Positions 56,034 through 64,000 of a DNA stretch of 64,000 bases are shown here, piece after piece. Numbering within the stretch: the stretch's first letter is position 1; each line of letters starts with the position of its first letter. The stretch is from a virus. Its lineage: Duplodnaviria; Caudoviricetes. Both the position numbers and the translations under genes were made by a program. The notes beneath the pieces were generated by a model, which saw nothing but the letters and a program-made list of their open reading frames with translations, searched no databases and was not told the DNA's origin. The stretch lies in IMG/VR virus record IMGVR_UViG_3300011008_000028. The stretch is one strand, 5' to 3'.

Positions 56034-57878
56034 TTAGTTGCTGCTCAGCGTTATGTTCACGCTCGCCAGGCTGCGAGCTACTATAAAAAGCAACGTAGCC
56101 ACGTTGTCTATAGTGATATCAGTCTTCGATTTGCAAACAGGACATACCACGTTCGGAATCGAGTATTCAAGAGTATACGGTTCCCTGGAAAGTCTTGAGA
56201 TTTCCATGAGCACATGATAGTCTACTTCATTGAGACTATCAATAACCTTGGTGATGTTGTTGATGCCCGTGATACGCTTCCAGCCGTCTCCAGATGGGAT
56301 TAAGAATGCTTTGATTGTAGGAAGCATCATTACAGAGTAGGACTTCGAAAGAATCTCCGGATCTTCTGTATCTTCAAGCTCCTTAATCTTTCCATATATA
56401 GAATTAAGGAATTCGTACGCCGATGCATGACCGTAGATTACCTTGTAGCCGGCATTGGGCAGATCTACATAGTTGGAGTTTGACACAGGCGATGTTGCAT
56501 ACAGGTCCATGATCTTATCCTTCGTATTGGCTGTAGCAACTTCCTTAATCTCATCTAATGTAGATTGAGCAATGCTTTCAACTCTTAACATTTCCGCAGG
56601 TCTGTATATATGCTCATACGAATGTTTACACTGCTTGCACTTGATGGTCACAAGTTCTGTACCCATCGTTGTTGCACAGAGAATCTTCCAGAGAATGAAC
56701 TCAAGATCCATGAAAGATGTCTTTCTGAGGAAGTCTTCGAACTTCGATACGGAATGGATCTCGCTGCTCTTAACCTCAGGAGGGATGGTCGAAAGCATAT
56801 TTGTCTTAACCATCTTCTTGGACGTGGGATCCTTATACATCTTATACTCTTCCCAAGGACCAATGCTCTGATTCTTTATATGATTGAACGCAATGGACCA
56901 CTTCTTACGTTCACCGTCATATGTATTCATCTCGACAGCCGTTGATAGATCGATGATCTCAGCATATGTAAGGCCGGTGAAGGTCGCCCGATAATGTGAT
57001 GCAGGCAATGCTGCAGATACTTCATTCACCGTACGTTCATACGAGGACAGAATCGAATCGATTGCATCATCCTCAACATCTTCAATGTTACCTAACTGAA
57101 GATCCTCGGATTCAACGATCTTCAATTCGATCGTTCTGGAACGTCTGATCTTTTCCGATTCTTCTTCTGTCCATGCGATCTGATCAGCATCTATCTTGTT
57201 GATGATCACCTGAACGATGTCTTTGGACCTCATCTCTTCATCCGTAAGAGGAACGTCATGCCTATACTCTTCAGGCGTTTCAACAGTTGGAGCATCTGCA
57301 TCAGCTTCAACCACAGGTGCTATGTAATCATCTGTGCGGGCATATATCAGATACGGATATTCTGTTTCAACAAGATTCAGAAGTTCATCAAGTGTCGCTT
57401 GAGAACGCTGGTAATCTGAATCTTCTGCAGCGATATGGAATTTGGTCTGAAGATCTCCAGGTGGGATCTGCAGGTACTTGATATGGTGTCTCGCCTTCGC
57501 CTCTTCAATATTGCGAAGTTGTCTCTGCAGATCCGCAATCTTCGTATTGCCGTCTTTCATATTCGCTTCGTCTGCACCATTAATCGGAGCTCCTCTGGAC
57601 TCAACGATTTCGCCTTTATCATAGACAACACCCAATGTCTGCTGCTCAGGGAGTCCTTCCATAAGTTCAGGGTTAGGGGTCCATGCTTTGGCTTTCTTTG
57701 CTTTGATTGTGGATTCAGCGGGGCTGGTGTACTCCAGTTTTTCAATACCATCTGAGGGTTCAGATGGTGTATCTTCTTCGACTGTGTTCGATCCATAGAA
57801 TTTGCTCGTATCGAATGCATCTTCGAGATCCTGAGGCTCATCTATTTCATCGAGAACACTAAAAGGTTTATTTGCCAT
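56034..57878 (-). CDS. Tail/baseplate-hub assembly protein (T4 gp26/gp51-like, Zn-binding)
   Basis: LPASHY and LPNAGY repeats, CKQC and CPVC, ends LLFI..; late-promoter motif 57909-57920. Confidence 0.55.
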   Translation of the reverse strand: MANKPFSVLDEIDEPQDLEDAFDTSKFYGSNTVEEDTPSEPSDGIEKLEYTSPAESTIKAKKAKAWTPNPELMEGLPEQQTLGVVYDKGEIVESRGAPINGADEANMKDGNTKIADLQRQLRNIEEAKARHHIKYLQIPPGDLQTKFHIAAEDSDYQRSQATLDELLNLVETEYPYLIYARTDDYIAPVVEADADAPTVETPEEYRHDVPLTDEEMRSKDIVQVIINKIDADQIAWTEEESEKIRRSRTIELKIVESEDLQLGNIEDVEDDAIDSILSSYERTVNEVSAALPASHYRATFTGLTYAEIIDLSTAVEMNTYDGERKKWSIAFNHIKNQSIGPWEEYKMYKDPTSKKMVKTNMLSTIPPEVKSSEIHSVSKFEDFLRKTSFMDLEFILWKILCATTMGTELVTIKCKQCKHSYEHIYRPAEMLRVESIAQSTLDEIKEVATANTKDKIMDLYATSPVSNSNYVDLPNAGYKVIYGHASAYEFLNSIYGKIKELEDTEDPEILSKSYSVMMLPTIKAFLIPSGDGWKRITGINNITKVIDSLNEVDYHVLMEISRLSREPYTLEYSIPNVVCPVCKSKTDITIDNVATLLFIVARSLASVNITLSSN

Positions 57879-57937
57879 TACGTGCAATCCTCCTTGCTTA
57901 TTATATTATACTTTCGGGTTTAAACGGGCCGGATATT

Positions 57938-59215
57938 TTAATTGTAGTAATTGATCATCAGTATGATGTAGTTATAAATTGCTCTGGTGTAATTGATAAT
58001 GGTAGCTTCTCTATCATACATACTTCTGATATTGATGATATCATTCATCCAATACTGGAGAATGGATTTAATTTCACTTAGGAAAGGATCTTTTGAAGTT
58101 CCTATTGAGCGATATATAGATAGGCCAAAGTTCAGGAACTCGGATGATCCGACTGTAGATGTTGTGGGGTTCTTGTCAAAATAAGCCATAATGACATTCT
58201 CGATCAGCTTGTTCAGACGATTGTTTTTGCTGGAATTGATCTGAGCAATGAAGCCCGAAAGATTACCGACATCTACTTGGGATGCTTTGGCCGAGTATTT
58301 GACCATAGAAGAATTGATCTCACCTGCAGCGAATTTAGATACAGTCTTCTCGATTATCTGTGCCGAGATGGTTGTATGTCCATCTTGATCAGCTAAAGAT
58401 CCATCATCAAACTGTGTAGGGTCATTATGTTGAGTATGAGATCCCTGATCATTTCGATAGTATGCATGTGCAATTTTTCTGAACTTGGCATTGATATTAT
58501 TTCTAATACGTCGGATCAGATCAAGGTATGTGTTGTCGGCACCGATCTTGAGAGCATCAGCATAGAATTCAACAGCAATGGTTGCATCATACTTGATGAG
58601 CTCAAGTATGTTCTTGCACTGTTTGATTTTGAACTTCGTCCCTAGATGTTCTATGGTGTAATTCATTACCTCTTCCTTGACGCCTGTCTTCCAGTACTCA
58701 CGGTAGATGATTGGGTAATCACATAATCCCAGGATGTACTCACAGCATTCTATCAGATCCGTGTAATCTTTCATATATGCCTCAGTAAGAATTGCAACTA
58801 TAAGAATCTTATGGGGAGCATGTTTTACCCATCCGGTGAAGCTCTTGCTGATCTTTCCGAAATATGTTTCATTGATCATATTCAGATATAGATCAATTAT
58901 CTGCTCACCGGTAATATTGAACATCTCGTAGAAGAAGGTTGTTTCCTTGGCGGAGAATGTCACCATATATACCGGGCCGGATGTGGACAATTTGTCCGCA
59001 TTCTCATCCATGAATTTTCCCGTAAATTCTATAATAGCATCTCGGTTTTTCTGTGTCGCAATTACAGGAGCAACAATCTTCTCCTGAAGATTGGTTTTGA
59101 AGTAATAGCCGTCTTTATGGACTCCGGGCTTTTCCGATTCATCGAAACAGTCAAGATCATCTTCAATGAATTCAGCATCTTCATACTCACGTAAAAATAT
59201 TTCATATGGTCTCAT
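57938..59215 (-). CDS. Hypothetical protein, candidate sigma-like promoter-specificity subunit of phage RNAP
   Basis: 425-aa ORF. Size, helical character and VMNYTIEHLGTKFKIK segment recall AR9 gp226-like proteins; tentative recollection only. Confidence 0.35.
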   Translation of the reverse strand: MRPYEIFLREYEDAEFIEDDLDCFDESEKPGVHKDGYYFKTNLQEKIVAPVIATQKNRDAIIEFTGKFMDENADKLSTSGPVYMVTFSAKETTFFYEMFNITGEQIIDLYLNMINETYFGKISKSFTGWVKHAPHKILIVAILTEAYMKDYTDLIECCEYILGLCDYPIIYREYWKTGVKEEVMNYTIEHLGTKFKIKQCKNILELIKYDATIAVEFYADALKIGADNTYLDLIRRIRNNINAKFRKIAHAYYRNDQGSHTQHNDPTQFDDGSLADQDGHTTISAQIIEKTVSKFAAGEINSSMVKYSAKASQVDVGNLSGFIAQINSSKNNRLNKLIENVIMAYFDKNPTTSTVGSSEFLNFGLSIYRSIGTSKDPFLSEIKSILQYWMNDIINIRSMYDREATIINYTRAIYNYIILMINYYN

Positions 59216-59301
59216 GATTAACCACTCCTTTATTGAATCAATTATATATTTGAAGATTATATATTATTATTCTAGAATATACACTATCGGAGGTACATAC
59301 C

Positions 59302-61872
59302 GTGAAAGTTATATATTTAAAATTGGTAAATGTTGCAGGGCTAAACGTGGGGACAGGCAAAGATACAATCGAAATCGATTTCACCAAATCTCACAATCGA
59401 ATCATTGCCATTCGTGCCAGGAATGCCCATGGCAAAACAACGTTACTATCATCTATCACACCATTTGCATATGTTACGTCATTGGATGATAGATCATCCA
59501 TTTCATATATTATGAAAGGCAAAGATGGGTATAAAGAAATCCATTACCAAGATGGGAAGGATATCTATATCATCAAACACTACTTCAAACATTCAAAGGA
59601 TACTCACACCGTCAAATCATATTTCATGAAGAATGGGGAAGAGCTGAATGAAAACGGGAATGTTACATCCTTCAATTCCTGTGTGGAGATGTATCTTGGA
59701 CTGACTCAGGAAATGATGAGACTAATCCGAATCGGTACCAATGTAAATTCCTTCATCACTCTTACTCCTGCTCGACGTAAGGAATACATCGGAAAGCTCA
59801 TCGAGGAGATTGATACATATCTATCAATTTATAGGAAGATAAATGATGATATCCGAGTTGTCAAGACAATGCTTCAGGCTAATAACACGAATCTGTATAA
59901 TTGCCATATCACAGATCCTGTCATGGAACAAGAGCGATTGACAAAATTGGAAAAAGATATCAAACGATACGAGAAGGAACGTGATGATATTATTGCCAAA
60001 GTTGCCAAGTTAAATGCTCTGACAAAAGGAAATGATATTACAGAACTCCGACAGAGATTACATGAGGCAGAAGCTGCCCTGAAGGAATTCGATAAACTTT
60101 CAGATGCAATAAAAGAAGAATCATTACAGGATACTACAGTGGAGCAGTTAATCAAAGAACGAATGAGATTGGATCAAAAGAAGATAGATACCAAGTCCAA
60201 TATCAATTCGAATAAGATAATGATCGATAATCTCTTACAGCAGATAGAGCGTCTTGAGATGACTATCAAACGGGTTACGTCCGACACAGACATTCAATCG
60301 ATCATGTCTGCTATTGCTGATATTCGAGAGAAGATATCTATGATTCCTTCTGAGGTTAAGGACTTCACCCCACTTGGCTCCCTTTCGGCTGAAGTATACA
60401 ATGTCCTGTTGAAATTAGATTCGTTCAATCAAACATCTCAAATGATATACACTCTTGGGAACAAACCAGTTGCAGTGTATATCAAGCTCCGCCGAGAAGG
60501 AATCAGTGTAGACAGATGGTTACGAGAACAATCAAAGCGTGCATTAAGTAGGATAAATGACATTGAACTGAAGGCATTGTTTGACAAGGTATTCCAGGGT
60601 GATGGAGTAATAATGCCTAACTGTGATACAGAGTACAAGGACTGCCCGTTCTTCCGTTTCTCAGATACCCTTTTCGAGATAAAAAATAAATTTGAGGATG
60701 AAACATATTCAGATGAAGATCTAAATGCAATTCAGATCATCTCAAATAATATTGATAACATCCTGAATGAAATTGATAGGTTGATGGTCGTGAAATTTCC
60801 TGAGTCTATCAAGGATACTCTGAGGGAAAGTATCATTCTGGATAGAATGGAGCACCATGTTCCTTTCTTCAATCTGAATGATCTTCAGACATACATAAGC
60901 ATCCTCAAGGAATATGAGGTACTGTGTCAGTACAAGTACTCGTTATCGGAATATGAAAATCAGTTGAAGATGTATCAGAAAGCCGGCGTCGATTCCCATA
61001 TTGAAGAGATCAAGCATCTGAAGGAATCGATTGCCAGATATAAGGCACAGATGGAAGAACTCGGCAAGCAGGTATTCATCATTGATACAGAACTTCAACA
61101 AGTTGATTCTAAAATTGCTCTGATTACCAAGTATCAAGAATCGATGAAGCACAGGGCAATATATGAGCAAACGAAGAATTCGACATCGGCGTTGTTAATC
61201 CCTCTGGAATCCGCGGAACATGAACGAATCGAATTGAAGTTCAAACAGGAGCAATTCGAGAATCTGATTCAATCTTCTCGGAATGAACACAGATCCTTGG
61301 AAATCAAATTGTCCACATACAATCGATTGATCCAAGAATCGAAGAAGCTCAGTCTCAAAAATCTAGAGTTGAGTGCAATACTCGATGCCGTATCTACTAA
61401 GAAGGGTATTCCAGTATACTATATGAAACATTACCTGGCTAAAATACAGAAGCTAAGTAATGATCTCCTTGATATCATATATGGGGATGAGTTCAAGCTT
61501 GCGGCATTCAATGTAACACCGGAGACATTCGAGGTTCCGTACATCAAGAACGGAAAGAAGATTGAGGATATCAAATATGCATCACAGTCTGAAATTGCTC
61601 TGGCAACAATGGCCTTGTCATTTGCTCTGGCAAACTCTGCTACGGACAAGTATAACATTCTGCTTCTTGATGAAATAGACGGTGGGCTGGATGAAGTGAA
61701 TCGTTCTGCATTCTTGGATATGTTACGGATGCAAATGGAAACGCTTGATGCTCAGCAGGTATTCATCATCTCTCAGAATCTAGGATCCATGGCGAACATT
61801 CCAATGGACTGCATCGATCTGTCCGATGTGGGTACAAAATCACCTCTGCAGAATATCATCTACGAAGTATGA
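59302..61872 (+). CDS. SbcC/Rad50/SMC-like ATPase
   Basis: Walker A ARNAHGKTT, long coiled coils, central Cys pair CDTEYKDCPF, signature ASQSE, Walker B ILLLDEIDGGLD. Confidence 0.9.
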   Translation: MKVIYLKLVNVAGLNVGTGKDTIEIDFTKSHNRIIAIRARNAHGKTTLLSSITPFAYVTSLDDRSSISYIMKGKDGYKEIHYQDGKDIYIIKHYFKHSKDTHTVKSYFMKNGEELNENGNVTSFNSCVEMYLGLTQEMMRLIRIGTNVNSFITLTPARRKEYIGKLIEEIDTYLSIYRKINDDIRVVKTMLQANNTNLYNCHITDPVMEQERLTKLEKDIKRYEKERDDIIAKVAKLNALTKGNDITELRQRLHEAEAALKEFDKLSDAIKEESLQDTTVEQLIKERMRLDQKKIDTKSNINSNKIMIDNLLQQIERLEMTIKRVTSDTDIQSIMSAIADIREKISMIPSEVKDFTPLGSLSAEVYNVLLKLDSFNQTSQMIYTLGNKPVAVYIKLRREGISVDRWLREQSKRALSRINDIELKALFDKVFQGDGVIMPNCDTEYKDCPFFRFSDTLFEIKNKFEDETYSDEDLNAIQIISNNIDNILNEIDRLMVVKFPESIKDTLRESIILDRMEHHVPFFNLNDLQTYISILKEYEVLCQYKYSLSEYENQLKMYQKAGVDSHIEEIKHLKESIARYKAQMEELGKQVFIIDTELQQVDSKIALITKYQESMKHRAIYEQTKNSTSALLIPLESAEHERIELKFKQEQFENLIQSSRNEHRSLEIKLSTYNRLIQESKKLSLKNLELSAILDAVSTKKGIPVYYMKHYLAKIQKLSNDLLDIIYGDEFKLAAFNVTPETFEVPYIKNGKKIEDIKYASQSEIALATMALSFALANSATDKYNILLLDEIDGGLDEVNRSAFLDMLRMQMETLDAQQVFIISQNLGSMANIPMDCIDLSDVGTKSPLQNIIYEV

Positions 61873-61873
61873 C

Positions 61874-61910
61874 CAAAAGAAAAGCTCCCAAACCGGGAGC
61901 TTTTCTTTTG
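61874..61910. terminator. Bidirectional terminator between convergent genes
   Basis: caaaagaaaagctccc-aaacc-gggagcttttcttttg. Confidence 0.85.
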
Positions 61911-61952
61911 TATTGATTATAAGTATAATTTGGTGTAATCCGGGATCAATCA

Positions 61953-62447
61953 TTACTTCAGTTTCATATAGAGATCTTCGAAATTCCCAGCGTGGAAAAC
62001 TGAATTATGCTGAGAAATCGTGCATTGTAAGTCGACGATGTAGACAGGCTGGTTTGATCTATACATAACGTTTGGGCTTTTCAGTCTGCCCATGGCTGGG
62101 AGATTGATATGTACCGTTTCTCCCTCTTTAAAGTCTTTGATGAACGACTCAGGGAGAAACATTTTGTTACCATCGATCATCGGAACTTTGATATCCAGAT
62201 CAATCTTGGAGAAGGATGTCAATGTCGTCCATCCGCTTCTGTTAATTCGAGGACATTCGGATAGGCCGATATGGAAGAATCGTTCGTCATCAATGTCAAC
62301 ATCCAGACCATTAACAGAGATAAAGTCTTCGATTACAGTTCTTTCAGGCTCAAGAAGATCCATTGAATTTGCCGGACCAAGGTTGTACAGGTATAGCTTA
62401 CACTTTATAGGGAATACCAACATCTCTTCAGGTTTCATTCTAATCAC
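61953..62447 (-). CDS. Hypothetical protein, paralog family
   Basis: FLPESFIKDFKEG motif shared with two neighbours. Confidence 0.75.
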   Translation of the reverse strand: MIRMKPEEMLVFPIKCKLYLYNLGPANSMDLLEPERTVIEDFISVNGLDVDIDDERFFHIGLSECPRINRSGWTTLTSFSKIDLDIKVPMIDGNKMFLPESFIKDFKEGETVHINLPAMGRLKSPNVMYRSNQPVYIVDLQCTISQHNSVFHAGNFEDLYMKLK

Positions 62448-63034
62448 CCCTCTCCTATAACTTCTTCTATCGGTTCTACGGAAGTTACTATTGAGTATGC
62501 CTGCTCAAACGAAAACATCTCATCAGTCGTAGAAAGCTGATATGCTGTGCAGTGGAGATGAAGTACGCACGGGTAATCAACGAATCTCCCGTTTCTGATC
62601 TTGGTTCTTACCATACCGGCAACAGCAAGATCGAACTCCGCCGTTTCCTTGATATCCTTCAGAAGTACAGCCGGGATCCAGTCCATAAATGTATAGAAAG
62701 TCCGAACGACGTGATTGCCATCTTCTGTAGCGATATCAATAACAACATCTTCCTGAGTGAGATCGCCCAACATCCTGCTAGACTTAAAGAACTTGACATG
62801 GATAAGCTGTCCCTGATCCTGATAATCAAGACCATTCAAATTCCACACCGCCTTGTTCTGCTCTGTTAACATACAGAGCTCCATATCATTGAACTCATCC
62901 TCATGGTAGCATGAAGCCGTCATATCAACGTTTCTGGAGATCTGAGAGCAGGAGTACTGTTGATCGGCTATCGATATTTCGCAGTCAAAGTATATATCGG
63001 AAATTCTTCCATTTTTACTTAATTTAATTTTCAT
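62444..63034 (-). CDS. Hypothetical protein, paralog family
   Basis: WIPAVLLKDIKET motif; AGGAGG SD. Confidence 0.75.
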   Translation of the reverse strand: MKIKLSKNGRISDIYFDCEISIADQQYSCSQISRNVDMTASCYHEDEFNDMELCMLTEQNKAVWNLNGLDYQDQGQLIHVKFFKSSRMLGDLTQEDVVIDIATEDGNHVVRTFYTFMDWIPAVLLKDIKETAEFDLAVAGMVRTKIRNGRFVDYPCVLHLHCTAYQLSTTDEMFSFEQAYSIVTSVEPIEEVIGEG

Positions 63035-63104
63035 GATAAATTCCTCCTAGATAGAATTATTTGAGACCCGGGATTATCCCGGGTCTCATTTTGGTTTAGA
63101 ATAT

Positions 63105-64000
63105 TTACTGAAGTTTCTTGAGAGTTTCTTCAATAGTGCCGAAACTGCGATAGCGAGTTATTGTCTGAGCAGGAACGAAAGTGAAGTCGATGATCGTACT
63201 CAGTTTGGCAGCGTTATAAGTATCGTCATAGTCGTCACCCTGTGTCGCCTTTCTTACTCTGGACGGGAACTGGATCGAAGTAAGTCTTCCTTCCTTGAAC
63301 TCCTCCATTACTGTCTCCGGCAGGAACCTTGGGAAATCGATGAAGTAATGGTTTCCGTCTTTATCTTTCACATACGGACCGTGATCTTCAAGATTATCAT
63401 AATACCAACTAGCCCGCGGAGATGACATCCATACTTCAACCAATCTGGTCGTTTCGCGATCATACTTGCAGCCGTTAAGTCGAGCAATCTCCGCTGCTTC
63501 TGCAGCATGTTCTTCCTTCCGGATAAGAAAGCGGTCCGCGGTACCGATAGGATTCGGGATGATAAACATGACACCGCCGTTTACATTAACGCTCTTGACG
63601 ACATCGATGACCCGTTCATCCCAGCTTACATCAACAGCATTACCGAGATACTTTTCGACCCATGCAGATATCAGATCTTGATACTTATTCTCGAAGATGT
63701 TCTCCTCGAAGAAACTACCGAGCGTGATAGGATGAATTGCTTCTGTTTTTGCATCATCATCGACTTTGGTACAGCCGGCCCATCTACCGATGTAGTTATC
63801 CTGATCATCAACATCATAGCTGATTGATATCTTATAGACAGCCTTACCTCTGAGACGGATTTCCATTCCGATTATACGGCAGCCAGAAGTGTTATCAGTT
63901 CTTTCATCTGTACAGTAGATCTCGCTGGGTTCGCCGTCAATATTCCCGCCAAGAAATACATGATCATGGACCTTCGCCATTGCCTTTGCAGCAAAGATGA
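63105..64000 (-). CDS. Hypothetical protein, paralog family (probably 5'-truncated by window)
   Basis: FLPETVMEEFKEG motif; frame stays open from the 63980 ATG to the window end. Confidence 0.7.
   Translation of the reverse strand, partial: IFAAKAMAKVHDHVFLGGNIDGEPSEIYCTDERTDNTSGCRIIGMEIRLRGKAVYKISISYDVDDQDNYIGRWAGCTKVDDDAKTEAIHPITLGSFFEENIFENKYQDLISAWVEKYLGNAVDVSWDERVIDVVKSVNVNGGVMFIIPNPIGTADRFLIRKEEHAAEAAEIARLNGCKYDRETTRLVEVWMSSPRASWYYDNLEDHGPYVKDKDGNHYFIDFPRFLPETVMEEFKEGRLTSIQFPSRVRKATQGDDYDDTYNAAKLSTIIDFTFVPAQTITRYRSFGTIEETLKKLQ

Noticed and set aside
1-64000. CRISPR array, tRNA or rRNA genes
   Set aside because: No regularly spaced repeats or cloverleaf-like sequences seen by eye, and intergenic gaps are short and mostly explained. 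A tRNAscan/Infernal run would be needed to exclude them fully.
1-64000. Stop-codon reassignment as in some gut jumbo phages
   Set aside because: Conserved genes are full length and tightly packed under code 11; the only break in a recognised gene (nrdD) is explained by an intron.
1-64000. Phage nucleus shell (chimallin), PhuZ tubulin or major capsid protein
   Set aside because: No ORF with motifs I can recognise for these. They may lie outside the window or among the unassigned ORFs.

Overview
This 64 kb window is a densely coding segment of a jumbo bacteriophage of the phiKZ-related / AR9-PBS1-like type. The host is probably an anaerobic Firmicute, inferred from the Clostridia-type endolysin C-terminus, strong AAGGAGG ribosome-binding sites and an anaerobic ribonucleotide reductase. 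The standard genetic code gives tightly packed ORFs. Recognisable genes are: split multisubunit RNA polymerase subunits (beta' C-part, beta C-terminal fragment), prohead protease and head proteins, a gp25-like baseplate protein, a Zn-binding tail/baseplate assembly protein, GyrA/ParC with an intein, NAD-dependent ligase, SbcC/SMC ATPase, RNase HI, a protein-kinase-like protein, a shortened PPK1, a class III RNR operon (nrdD split by a group I intron carrying an HNH endonuclease, plus nrdG, an NrdH-like redoxin and an FTR-like domain), and a complete pncA-pncB-nadD-nadE NAD salvage cluster. The most unusual observation is two 111-nt intergenic copies, 27,280 nt apart, of a diversity-generating-retroelement variable repeat. 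They differ in the pattern expected from adenine mutagenesis, neither is the template repeat, neither ends a full-length target gene, and no reverse transcriptase is in the window. Other leads are the four-gene deamidating NAD pathway as a candidate anti-NADase system, a degenerate intein with low-complexity inserts, a stand-alone inactive Hint protein, a candidate -1 frameshift with pseudoknot, two paralogous unannotated membrane peptides, and early (TATATTAT) and late (AAC[A/C]-N6-TA) promoter motifs. All product calls come from motif recognition by eye; no database searches were run.
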